The position numbers and the translations under genes were made by a program. Shown here piece by piece: positions 1 through 8,349 of a stretch of 64,000 nt of DNA. This stretch comes from a virus, in the IMG/VR virus record IMGVR_UViG_3300045988_125828, positions 4,999 to 68,998 of that record. One strand, 5' to 3'. The notes under the pieces were generated by a model. It saw only the letters and a list, made by a program, of their open reading frames with translations, did no database searches and was not told where the DNA came from. Every line of letters begins with the position of its first letter. Position 1 is the stretch's first letter.

Positions 1-4
1 AAGA

Positions 5-184
5 ATGGACATAACAGAACCAAAGAAACCGTTTGTTGACCCTCTTTCACAGGAGAACATTACAAAGATGTACAAGGAGGACGGCATATCTCCCCGTAGA
101 ATGGCCGAAATATTGAATGTAAGCGTCAGGACGGTGTATCTAAGATTAGCCAAATACGGGCTTACAAAAGTGAAATGCAGATAA
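5..184 (+). CDS. small helix-turn-helix protein (59 aa; frame open to window edge, may be longer)
   Basis: ATG 5, stop 182-184, below ORF-track cutoff. GISPRRMAEILNVSVRTVYLRLAKYGL reads as an HTH. Confidence 0.4.
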   Translation: MDITEPKKPFVDPLSQENITKMYKEDGISPRRMAEILNVSVRTVYLRLAKYGLTKVKCR

Positions 185-708
185 TTAAACTTGTAATTAT
201 GAAAGATGTTAAAAGGAAATACAGTTTCTCTGATATAGAGTTTAAGCCTTACTTTACAGAGGAAGAGGTAAATTTTATCAAAAAGCTGAAATTGATGAAA
301 GATGTTGATAAGTACATGCAGGGAGTGGTTGAGTTTGAGAATGGTTATGGCGTCAGTGTGCTTTTAGGACAGCTGTTTCATTCAGACGGGGAAGATACAT
401 ACGAGGTGGCCGTTACCTATGACGGTCACATAATCAACCGAGATGACGAGCAATGGGTAGAATGCTTTTTGAACCGCTATGAAGTTGAGAAGCTGATGAA
501 CAATGTTGCCGGGCTTAACCCTATTGTCGTTGATTCGTTCGACAAAGGCGATTACTTGGTGTATAATTTTGATAAATTTCATGTGTATATAGCCAGTCCG
601 GGAAGAGAAAACATTAGACTGTTTGGTTCTTTTTACGAAACGAGAAAAGCCACCTACGAAGAAAGAGAGAGGATATTCGAGAGATTGATAAAATCATTAA
701 TTGTTTAA
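175..708 (+). CDS. hypothetical protein
   Basis: 177-aa ORF in track, no motif recognised. ATG 199 (MKDVKRK) would avoid overlap with the previous ORF. Confidence 0.5.
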   Translation: MQIIKLVIMKDVKRKYSFSDIEFKPYFTEEEVNFIKKLKLMKDVDKYMQGVVEFENGYGVSVLLGQLFHSDGEDTYEVAVTYDGHIINRDDEQWVECFLNRYEVEKLMNNVAGLNPIVVDSFDKGDYLVYNFDKFHVYIASPGRENIRLFGSFYETRKATYEERERIFERLIKSLIV

Positions 709-717
709 ACAAAAGCA

Positions 718-879
718 ATGGAAGATAATACATTAGACCAAAACCTTTATACCACCGCTATGAAAGAAGCGCTAAAGGTGGAGTTCTTGGAAAACAACGA
801 AGAGATTAAACTATATGCCGCCTCGCTGTATAATGCGATGGTATGGGGTAGAAATCATACGGTTAAAGTAAAATATTAA
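718..879 (+). CDS. hypothetical small protein (53 aa)
   Basis: ATG 718 to TAA 877-879 (MEDNTLDQNLYTTAMKEALKVEF...). Follows the previous stop closely. Coding status uncertain. Confidence 0.25.
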   Translation: MEDNTLDQNLYTTAMKEALKVEFLENNEEIKLYAASLYNAMVWGRNHTVKVKY

Positions 880-910
880 GTTTTTCATTTGGCGTTATAG
901 AAAAAGGGCG

Positions 911-1109
911 TATATTTGCAGCGTCAAACATATTAAATAGAAAGCAGACGGAAGCCTGCTCATTGTAGGCATTTTTTATGCTTATATGTTCGCTGTATAT
1001 ATAATACAACGGTTGTTACTCCCATGAGAGATGTTAATGCACTCTCAACTGCTTTCTATAAAGTATGTTTGACAATGGGGCGGTTGCAACCGTTTTTTTA
1101 TTTTTTTTT
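911..1109 (+). promoter_or_regulatory. promoter plus structured leader/short RNA ending in an intrinsic terminator (leader L0)
   Basis: TATATTTG 911-918 fits the Bacteroidetes -7 box TAnnTTTG. GTCAAACATA 923-932 pairs with TATGTTTGAC 1064-1073. AACGGTTG 1008-1015 can pair with CAACCGTT inside the terminator CGGTTGCAACCG plus T7 (1081-1099). Confidence 0.5.
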
Positions 1110-1114
1110 AGAAT

Positions 1115-1492
1115 ATGATTGAAATAAGAGGAATAGAAATAACAGAAGAAATGATATTGAATGAAACAGACATTCAAGTTGTAATTAACTGGAAGAATGA
1201 ACTATTAGGTAAGCTATCCGAGTTTAAAGTAAAAACAGCACCATACAAAAGGCTGAGTGCAGGTCAGAAAAAAATAGAGACTTCTATATGGGCATTAATA
1301 AAACTTTGCAAAGCAAAAATAGGAGATTATAATCTTAAACTAAAAGAAGAGGGAAAATGGAAATATAATAGAGAAATAAAAACGCAGAGACATCTTGCGT
1401 CTGTATTTATGGAAATAGCAAAGAATAGATTAGACAAACAAATGTATAAAGATATTTTAGAATTAGCACAAAAGAAAATAAACGAGGTATAG
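1115..1492 (+). CDS. hypothetical protein
   Basis: 125-aa Lys-rich ORF directly after the leader terminator. Confidence 0.55.
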   Translation: MIEIRGIEITEEMILNETDIQVVINWKNELLGKLSEFKVKTAPYKRLSAGQKKIETSIWALIKLCKAKIGDYNLKLKEEGKWKYNREIKTQRHLASVFMEIAKNRLDKQMYKDILELAQKKINEV

Positions 1493-1523
1493 CTTCACCT
1501 CGATAAATTGAAGCTGCCATAAA

Positions 1524-2351
1524 TTGTCAAATAAAATGGCTAAAAAGATTATTTTATCAAAGGAGAGTAGCGAAAGCGAAATCAAAGCGTATTTCATCGC
1601 AGTGTTAAAGTTGTCACAATCTGATGACGAGTTTCCAGTCAATCTTGATGAAGTATGGATGCTTGTTTACGGTCAAAAATCAGATGCTGTTTCAGCTTTG
1701 AAGTTAGATTTTATAGAAAATGTTGATTATCAAGTTTTAAGGAAAAATCCTCAAAACCCCAATGGTGGAAGACCGACAAATGAGTATAAACTCACTGTCT
1801 CCTGTATGGAGTTCTTCATCGCAAGAAAAGTAAGAGCCGTTTTTGAGGTGTACAGGAAAGTATTCCATCACACCGTTCATAAGGGAATCGAGGGAAATAA
1901 TCCCAAACGAGAACCATCCCTAACAACCAAAGTTCGTGTTAGTCTTGAATGGGTAAAAGGTGTGAGCGAAATGCTCAACCTAAACGATTCTTCAAAACTT
2001 GCATTGCTTGGAAAAGTAGCAGAACCATTAAACTTGCCACTTCCCGACTACACCCCGTCAAAAGGGATATTAAAATCAGCAACCGACCTATTGAAAGAAC
2101 GGAAAACTCAAATATCCGCACGTGAATTTAATACGGTAGCAATAGAAAAAGGTTATCTGTGCGAACTGGAAAGAAAATCATCATACGGACAAAAGAAGAA
2201 ATTCAAGTCAATCACAGAGAAAGGTCTTTCTTTCGGAGAAAACCAAGTAAACCCGAACAATCCGAAAGGCACTCAACCATTATGGTACGAAAGTAAGTTT
2301 GATGAGTTATTGGCCGTATTAGGGTTTCATTTCATAGGAGGAACTAACTAA
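1524..2351 (+). CDS. AntA-like antirepressor-domain protein
   Basis: GGRPTNEYKLTVSCMEFFIARKVRAVFEVYRKVF matches the AntA-type pattern (GGR..Y.LT....F.....R...YF). Paralogous to ORFs at 54295 and 59293. ATG at 1536 is the likely start (the track start is TTG). Confidence 0.65.
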   Translation: MSNKMAKKIILSKESSESEIKAYFIAVLKLSQSDDEFPVNLDEVWMLVYGQKSDAVSALKLDFIENVDYQVLRKNPQNPNGGRPTNEYKLTVSCMEFFIARKVRAVFEVYRKVFHHTVHKGIEGNNPKREPSLTTKVRVSLEWVKGVSEMLNLNDSSKLALLGKVAEPLNLPLPDYTPSKGILKSATDLLKERKTQISAREFNTVAIEKGYLCELERKSSYGQKKKFKSITEKGLSFGENQVNPNNPKGTQPLWYESKFDELLAVLGFHFIGGTN

Positions 2352-2471
2352 TAATATAGCTTATTGAAAATCAGAAAAAGGCAATAGGTTATTACAAAAA
2401 GGGGGTCTGCGTTTTACCGACCCCCACTGTAAATCAGCCTGCCCGCTTAAAACCTAAAACAAATATTCATC

Positions 2472-2705
2472 ATGGAAAGAAATACAATACCTGCTAAAAA
2501 GCAATATGACGTCAGCGCAATGGGAGAATTTTTCAGAGACATTATAACTCCTGAAGAACTTAGAAAAGAGCTTGTAGACCTGGCGTTTGATTATGCGCAA
2601 TACGTAGATGAAGGGAGCACAGATTTATTTAAAAACAATATGAGTACCATATACATACTGTACAGGGCGTTGGAGGGCGTGAAAGAATTAGAGACACAGG
2701 GCTAA
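2472..2705 (+). CDS. hypothetical protein
   Basis: 77-aa ORF, last plus-strand gene before the convergent terminator. Confidence 0.5.
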   Translation: MERNTIPAKKQYDVSAMGEFFRDIITPEELRKELVDLAFDYAQYVDEGSTDLFKNNMSTIYILYRALEGVKELETQG

Positions 2706-2797
2706 CAGCATAGCCAGCTTTACCGCAACAATAAGCGGTATAGCATTGCAAATAACATCCTCGGCTATCTTTAGAGCACGCTCCATTGCATCATAGC

Positions 2798-2842
2798 AAG
2801 CAGTCGGCAGAACATCCAGTGCGGTAAGTCTTCCGACTGCTT
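2798..2842. terminator. hairpin between convergent genes
   Basis: AAGCAGTCGG 2798-2807 pairs with CCGACTGCTT 2833-2842 (10 bp, 25-nt loop). It lies between the 3' ends of the 2472-2705 (+) and 2862-3341 (-) genes. Confidence 0.45.
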
Positions 2843-2861
2843 AATCAATATGTCTAATTGT

Positions 2862-3341
2862 TCATTCATAGCTATATTTTAGGCACATGTAAGACCAAAT
2901 TTTATTATCTCCCGGCATCCAATCTTCATCGTCAAACCAAAAGGCATACGCCGCTTCGATAATATCCTCTCCGTCCAAAACCTTGCACAGATCGGCCCAA
3001 AAAGCATTAAAGGCTACGTATTTATCCCAGCGTGTGCATCCCGACGGGAAATTCTTGTTCTTGGTGGCTTCCTCTATCTGATCTACCGTCCAATATCCAC
3101 CCTTGTGTTCGTTGCCTTCCTTGTCGGTGTACTCCATATCGGCAACATCGTGCATGGCAAACTCCTCGTTGTAATGGCATCCGCTCATGGCACCGTACAG
3201 CTTTCTCAACGCCAGCCAATACTTTTTAGGCTCTTTCTCTTTCATCGGCTCCAGCACATCCGAAAGGATGCGGGTGCTCTCTATCATTACAGCTTCACCC
3301 TTGCCTTTACCGTACTTTTCTATCAACTCATAAATAGTCAT
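2862..3341 (-). CDS. hypothetical protein
   Basis: 159-aa Trp/Asp-rich ORF. The overlapping ORFs at 3022-3362 are antisense or out-of-frame artefacts. Confidence 0.65.
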   Translation of the reverse strand: MTIYELIEKYGKGKGEAVMIESTRILSDVLEPMKEKEPKKYWLALRKLYGAMSGCHYNEEFAMHDVADMEYTDKEGNEHKGGYWTVDQIEEATKNKNFPSGCTRWDKYVAFNAFWADLCKVLDGEDIIEAAYAFWFDDEDWMPGDNKIWSYMCLKYSYE

Positions 3342-3378
3342 AATCTTTTCCCTTTCTTTTAATTAAGTAGTATGTTTC

Positions 3379-3648
3379 TTACCTGAATATCCTGCTTGCA
3401 CCTCTTAGCAACACCTCAAAAATGGCGTCCCCGGTAAGGTTTGCTCCCACCTCCCGCCAAAAATTGGGTTTGCTTTGCTTTCTGATTATTTGAAGCAGCA
3501 AGTCCTGCTGGCGAAGGTGATGTTCGTTGTTCTTTTCAATGTCTTTTTGTAATAATAAAAGAGCCTTGACACCGTCATCCTTGCAGTTACCTATACACTC
3601 GTTGAGGTATTTGTCCATGCAATACTTCATAATCTTCTTGTTGCCCAT
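3379..3648 (-). CDS. hypothetical protein
   Basis: 89-aa ORF in the same-strand gene string. Confidence 0.55.
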   Translation of the reverse strand: MGNKKIMKYCMDKYLNECIGNCKDDGVKALLLLQKDIEKNNEHHLRQQDLLLQIIRKQSKPNFWREVGANLTGDAIFEVLLRGASRIFR

Positions 3649-3708
3649 ATTGTTATTTCTTTCCGCATGACGGGCATTTAACCGTCTTTGCGGGCTTTGG
3701 TTTTACAA

Positions 3709-4020
3709 TTACAAATCTTCCCATAACCGATCGTATTTTTTGTTTATATAAGCCAAAAGCAAATCAATCCATAGTGCGGCCAAAGCGCACAGAAAAGAAA
3801 CAAGGATGCAACGAATAACCGGACCTCCGCATGCAATGCCGTAAGCCAGCGTGAGCCAAAAGCTGATACACTTGCTGCATTTCAGCTTCTCTGATAAGCG
3901 TCCTATCTTTCCCGGGTTTACCGGAACAAGTCTTTTCAAAATGCCTGATATGGCGTCGAAAAGTCCCAAATAGATGAACAGGCATACGGAAATGGTTATT
4001 ATCATTGCATCCCCAATCAT
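3709..4020 (-). CDS. small membrane protein (about 3 TM segments)
   Basis: Hydrophobic stretches IITISVCLFIYLGLF, CISFWLTLAYGIACG and ILVSFLCALAALWIDLLLAY. Confidence 0.6.
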   Translation of the reverse strand: MIGDAMIITISVCLFIYLGLFDAISGILKRLVPVNPGKIGRLSEKLKCSKCISFWLTLAYGIACGGPVIRCILVSFLCALAALWIDLLLAYINKKYDRLWEDL

Positions 4021-4023
4021 ACA

Positions 4024-4572
4024 CTACTTGTTTTTGGATGATTTGGTTTCGTTTGCTAAGCTTTCATCTTCACCAAGCAATGCAGCTACGGCAGGCGCAG
4101 GAGCAGGGCTTGTGACAGTCAGGCCGAACTCTATTTCCACCGCATTTGTTTTCGTGCAGCAGTCTTGTACGTTGGTAGGACTTACCAGCACATTAGGCGT
4201 AACGGTAAGTGTTGCCGATGTGGGTACTGTGGTTGAATAGAACGGTACGGTAATTGAAGTGAACACTGTATCCGTCTGCGGGCATACGTCACAATTGTTG
4301 CATCCGCATACGTATGGCAGATAACTTACCGAACCTACCAATTGGATAGACAGCGAATAAAGGTTTCCGCCTAAAGAATCAATAGACTTTAAAACGGCCC
4401 TCATGGTCCCGCTCAAAGGATATTGGGCGGTGATACAGATGTTCCGGTTACGACACAGATAATGAATCAGGTCAATGTAATACATTATTGGGGATGGTGT
4501 CGTAGTCCCTGTGGCTACGGGGACAAGCTCCAATACGGAGGTTTGTCCCGATTTGTTTTTACAACAGCTCAT
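4024..4572 (-). CDS. Cys-rich hypothetical protein
   Basis: 182 aa. Starts MSCCKNK, contains YVCGCNNCDVCPQ and DCCTK, and has a Thr/Val/Pro-rich C-terminal half. Confidence 0.6.
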   Translation of the reverse strand: MSCCKNKSGQTSVLELVPVATGTTTPSPIMYYIDLIHYLCRNRNICITAQYPLSGTMRAVLKSIDSLGGNLYSLSIQLVGSVSYLPYVCGCNNCDVCPQTDTVFTSITVPFYSTTVPTSATLTVTPNVLVSPTNVQDCCTKTNAVEIEFGLTVTSPAPAPAVAALLGEDESLANETKSSKNK

Positions 4573-4595
4573 AATGAATCGTTTTTTTATTAATA

Positions 4596-4802
4596 TTATT
4601 CAGCAACGGGTTCCTCTGCTGATTGAGGGTATTTCTTTGGAGCCGGCACCCGGCTCTTCATCTCTTTTACAGAATCAGGCGTTCCTACACCCAGCAGCAC
4701 ATCGAGTTTTGCTTCAATGTTTATCAGCCGTTGTTCCGTAGCTATCAGGAACTTATTGTTTGATACTGCTATCTCGTAAATGGCTTGTATGTATTCGTTC
4801 AT
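4596..4802 (-). CDS. hypothetical protein
   Basis: 68-aa ORF packed in the same-strand string. Confidence 0.5.
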   Translation of the reverse strand: MNEYIQAIYEIAVSNNKFLIATEQRLINIEAKLDVLLGVGTPDSVKEMKSRVPAPKKYPQSAEEPVAE

Positions 4803-4811
4803 ATTGTTTTG

Positions 4812-5012
4812 TTATTTAAAATATTTGATGATTTGATTTTTTACAAACAGGTTGTCTTTCCATTTAGGAACGCACTCTGTCAGCTTTTGTGCTGTTACCG
4901 CTCTTCCCTCGGCAGCATGTTCGTTTACAAAGTCCTGCAATGCCTTTGAGGCTGCATCCGCTTCTTCCTGCGTATCGGCATATACTTTAAAATTTATTTC
5001 AAATCCTTTCAT
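4812..5012 (-). CDS. hypothetical protein
   Basis: 66-aa ORF packed in the same-strand string. Confidence 0.5.
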   Translation of the reverse strand: MKGFEINFKVYADTQEEADAASKALQDFVNEHAAEGRAVTAQKLTECVPKWKDNLFVKNQIIKYFK

Positions 5013-5028
5013 AGTGCATTTGTTTTAA

Positions 5029-5388
5029 TTACAACGGAGGCAGAGGCGGTGATACTGGAGCGGCACCCGAAGGCGGCATTCCACCTCCTTTTTTCAGGCT
5101 TTTCAAGAACTCTATGCCTTGCATGATATCGTTCTGATTTTCTTTCACCCAGCCGAATATCGTTCCGGCGGTATCCCTCACCTGTTGCATGGTTGTGGGA
5201 GGAGCAACATCAAACGTAGGCAGTTCTTCCATGTCCTTAGCGAGAAAATCATACAGCTTCTCCGCTTCCTCTACGTTTCCTTTGGCTATCATCAGAGTTT
5301 GCATTTTCAGTGCAACCTTACTGGTAGGCTTTATCATTTTCAGCATTTCCATATTGTATTTTTTCTTTCTCCAAAACATAAGTAGCAA
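5029..5388 (-). CDS. hypothetical protein with Pro-rich C-terminus
   Basis: 119 aa ending GGGMPPSGAAPVSPPLPPL. An internal Met (MEMLKMIKP) is an alternative start. Confidence 0.55.
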   Translation of the reverse strand: MLLMFWRKKKYNMEMLKMIKPTSKVALKMQTLMIAKGNVEEAEKLYDFLAKDMEELPTFDVAPPTTMQQVRDTAGTIFGWVKENQNDIMQGIEFLKSLKKGGGMPPSGAAPVSPPLPPL

Positions 5389-5444
5389 TGTTTTTTGTAA
5401 AAAGGGAAAGGCTTAGTGTGCCCTTCCCCGATACCGAAATGCAA

Positions 5445-5921
5445 TTAGCCGTTGCAAGGACATCCGCAAGGCTGCGGTGCGCTGTACAATGCTACGGGCT
5501 GCGGACACATCTGTGAGCGACCTGTCAAACGGTCAGCCACGATCTGTGCTTCTGCCTGTGCGTATGCGCTTGCTCCTGCTCCCGCCAAAGCGTTAGCCGT
5601 AGCGCCTGTCTGAACATTTACGTAGTCAATCATGCGAGGTTGCTGATTTACACGTTCTGCGCGTTCTGCAATAGCCAGTTGAGCCAGTCGGTCAATGTCT
5701 CTTTGGTTAGCTTTGCTTCCCTGTGCGGCATAAACGCCACCGAAAATCCAAGCTCCGATGCCAGTCAACAAGGCTGCACTGCCGATAGTAATAGCTGCAA
5801 TTGATGTTCCGCTGGGTCTCTTTGCTGTTTTTTCAGCCACCATGAAGTGCTCGTAGGAACTCATGTCGGTTCCGTCGGACATGGCTTTCATTGCCATTAA
5901 ATCTTCTGCTGTCATAGTCAT
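5445..5921 (-). CDS. membrane protein with Cys-rich tail
   Basis: TM segment IAAITIGSAALLTGIGAWIFGGVYAA. C-terminus CPQPVALYSAPQPCGCPCNG. Confidence 0.6.
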   Translation of the reverse strand: MTMTAEDLMAMKAMSDGTDMSSYEHFMVAEKTAKRPSGTSIAAITIGSAALLTGIGAWIFGGVYAAQGSKANQRDIDRLAQLAIAERAERVNQQPRMIDYVNVQTGATANALAGAGASAYAQAEAQIVADRLTGRSQMCPQPVALYSAPQPCGCPCNG

Positions 5922-5979
5922 AAAATATTTATTGTTTCAAGGCAGCCCGATGTAGGCTGCATGACAAAGGACGACAGAA

Positions 5980-6291
5980 TCAATGTGCTATTATAGAAGA
6001 AACGAGCGGGTTATGGGCAAGTTCGGAGCTAATTTCGTGCAGGCAGTTTTTTACGCTCCACTTGTTTATTTTTACATCGAAATGGTTTCGTATCCTGTTT
6101 ACCGACTGACGGGGTATCTTAGTTTGACGGGATATTTCCTCGTCCGTTAAAAACTGCGATAGGAAGTACACCAAAAGATAGCGCGCGTCTACGCATTCTT
6201 CTTTTTTACTGTCTATCAGTTCCAATTCTCCAACCCCTGTATGCCTGCATACCGTAGACATCATAATCTGATACAAATCTCCTGTTTTCAT
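5980..6291 (-). CDS. putative HTH DNA-binding protein (DnaA C-terminal-like)
   Basis: DARYLLVYFLSQFLTDEEISRQTKIPRQSVNRIRNHF resembles the DnaA domain-IV type HTH. Confidence 0.45.
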   Translation of the reverse strand: MKTGDLYQIMMSTVCRHTGVGELELIDSKKEECVDARYLLVYFLSQFLTDEEISRQTKIPRQSVNRIRNHFDVKINKWSVKNCLHEISSELAHNPLVSSIIAH

Positions 6292-6485
6292 ATTATTCTG
6301 CTTTAAAACATGTAATTATTAAAAACAAAAATCACAACCCGGCGTTATTAAACTCGAAAGCCTCGTAACAACTCGGATTGTGATTGTTGTCTCTTGTGTT
6401 CGTTTCGCAGACAGAGGACAAGAGATAGGGGCTTTCTTTCTACTCTAAGCCCCGAAAGAGCGTCAGCTAAAGCCAACTTCTACAC

Positions 6486-6971
6486 TTATTTCTTTTTTAT
6501 CCTTATGGCAAGCCAAATAACGGCCAATGCGACACATGCAATGTTTAGCATCATGCTCGCACCTCCGTAATTGATTTTAAACCGTTCCCACCATGATAGT
6601 TTCCTTTCCACAGGATAGGGCTTTGGCACTTCAATTCTTCTTATCTTTTCAATGAAGTAAGGTATCTTGACCGTCACCGTAGATTGGGGATAGATGCCTA
6701 ATGAGTGGTTCAATATCCCCTTATTCCAAGACGCATAACTATAAGCATACGGGTTATGCAGGAATGACACAGTATCGCGGGTAGACACGCTGTCTTTATA
6801 AGGCATCAGCTTCTCCTGAAACGTTGTATCGTGGTAGACTATACTGTCAAGCACTTTGGTTTCAACAGGCACATAGACCGTCCTCGTTCGGCACGAAGCA
6901 AACACGAACACCAGCAGCATAGCCAGCAATCCAACAGACGCCCAAAACAATAGATTTCTTAGTTCTTTCAT
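6486..6971 (-). CDS. candidate unimolecular spanin (N-terminal lipoprotein signal plus C-terminal TM)
   Basis: From Met at 6971 (MKELRNLLFWASVGLLAMLLVFVFASC) there is a signal peptide with a FASC lipobox. C-terminal TM GGASMMLNIACVALAVIWLAIRIKKK. It starts 4 nt after the endolysin stop. The track ORF extends to 7046. Confidence 0.5.
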   Translation of the reverse strand: MKELRNLLFWASVGLLAMLLVFVFASCRTRTVYVPVETKVLDSIVYHDTTFQEKLMPYKDSVSTRDTVSFLHNPYAYSYASWNKGILNHSLGIYPQSTVTVKIPYFIEKIRRIEVPKPYPVERKLSWWERFKINYGGASMMLNIACVALAVIWLAIRIKKK

Positions 6972-6975
6972 GGCA

Positions 6976-7416
6976 TTATCCTTTGAAATATATGACTTTA
7001 CCCTTTGTTCCGTCATTACGCATATCAAGATGCACCCACGTAACATCCTGCTCCAGCCTTATGGGATACGGAAGAAGTATTTGGTTTGCCTTAATCCAGT
7101 TACGGACCTCAAGAGCCGTCATGTCCTTTACATCGAAATCAATGCCCGTACCTTGTATGTGTGCCGATACGTACACTTTCTCAAACCTTGTTTTTTCTGC
7201 AACAAGCTGGCAGACATTGCATCTTAACCCTCGTTGTGTCACATTACCGCCTACCTGCCAATTATTCACATAGATAGGCTTGCCAAGTTTCTCCCTGATA
7301 ACAAGCAGTGTTTCCAACAGGCGGTTATCGAAGAACTGCCAAGCGTTATTACCGAACTTCTCGTACACGTGCCTGCATACAAGTTCCTGAACGTCGAAGT
7401 AGCCTTTAATATTCAT
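6976..7416 (-). CDS. endolysin, peptidase M15 (VanY / L-Ala-D-Glu peptidase-like)
   Basis: SAHIQGTGIDFD (H-x6-D) plus WVHLD give the zinc triad typical of M15 peptidases. Sits between holin and spanin candidate. Confidence 0.8.
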   Translation of the reverse strand: MNIKGYFDVQELVCRHVYEKFGNNAWQFFDNRLLETLLVIREKLGKPIYVNNWQVGGNVTQRGLRCNVCQLVAEKTRFEKVYVSAHIQGTGIDFDVKDMTALEVRNWIKANQILLPYPIRLEQDVTWVHLDMRNDGTKGKVIYFKG

Positions 7417-7583
7417 TTCTTTTTCTCCTCGTTTTTGGTTATTGCTATATTTGCAAAAAAAATCATGTTAAAATACAACTCATTTTTCTATGGATTTATC
7501 GACATATCCGGTTCCCTTTATCGAAAGTGTATAAATTATGACATAAAAAGAAAATGGTGCAATAAAAGCAAAGTCAATTAAAC

Positions 7584-8051
7584 TCATTTCTTTTCCTCCT
7601 TATCTTTCGTTATTATCTCACTAACATCTTCCTTATCAACATTAAAAACCTTTTTGCAGAATACGCCCAAAGCTTTTAATATATTGAAATCATACCCCTT
7701 AGGCTTTAATATGTTGCTTATAATAGAACAAAACTCTATAAAGCACACAAAGAGACAGGAATATATATCAATGTTCCACTTGTCCCCGGAAGCAATGTTT
7801 ATCATCACAACCATGCAGACAAAGGCAAAGTAAGTTACCATTTTACCCATAGTACGGCGTATGGCTCCGGAGAAACGTACTTCCTCATTCATTAATAAAC
7901 TCTTCCTAACTCCAAACGCCAAATCGCAGATAATAACTGCAAATGATACTATCAGCCAAGGTATCATGTGTTCCAATGACCGTACAATAAAGCTGCTTGC
8001 TATCATCGCAAATCCACCCGGTATGCTTTGGGTAACAATGTTTTCTTTCAT
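7584..8051 (-). CDS. holin (Phage_holin_4_1-like)
   Basis: About 4 TM segments. FIEFCSIISNIL resembles the E..SI.EN signature. Lies upstream of the endolysin. Confidence 0.7.
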   Translation of the reverse strand: MKENIVTQSIPGGFAMIASSFIVRSLEHMIPWLIVSFAVIICDLAFGVRKSLLMNEEVRFSGAIRRTMGKMVTYFAFVCMVVMINIASGDKWNIDIYSCLFVCFIEFCSIISNILKPKGYDFNILKALGVFCKKVFNVDKEDVSEIITKDKEEKK

Positions 8052-8295
8052 TTTATCGTTATGTTTAAATTTCTTCCTATCTTTGTGTCACGTACAAACT
8101 GTAAGCGTAAATTTTATTAATCAGGCAGACTTTAGTTATCAAGATTACTGTTCGTATTAAATGGTCTGCCTTGCCCGCCTTATTCGTGAGAACAGGACGA
8201 GGTTTTTATAATATATCTTTTAATACGTTTCATTTCGTTTCTATATTAATTTCTTTATCTTTGCAGACAGCATCAATAAGCTAACTACTGTGCAT

Positions 8296-8325
8296 CCCCG
8301 TTTGGCTCGTGAGAGTGGAACGGGG
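8296..8325. terminator. GC-rich hairpin at the 3' end of the 8350-9759 gene
   Basis: CCCCGTT 8296-8302 pairs with AACGGGG 8319-8325. The T-rich tract is only on the plus side (AATTTGCTTATTTGTTT). Confidence 0.35.
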
Positions 8326-8349
8326 AATTTGCTTATTTGTTTCATCGTA

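Noticed and set aside
7446-8215. Possible plus-strand antisense transcript covering the holin gene (TATATTTG at 7446-53, weak hairpin plus T5 near 8178-8207)
   Set aside because: TAnnTTTG matches are expected by chance many times in AT-rich DNA. The -33 spacing is wrong, and the hairpin has only about 6 interrupted base pairs. The evidence is too weak without transcript data.
8256-8345. Small plus-strand RNA between the holin and fibre paralog B (TATCTTTG 8256-63, AATAAGC/GCTTATT closing helix, CCCCGTT/AACGGGG hairpin)
   Set aside because: This is plausible, but it rests on one chance-prone promoter match. The hairpin may simply mark the 3' end of the minus-strand fibre gene. It is kept only as a hairpin feature.
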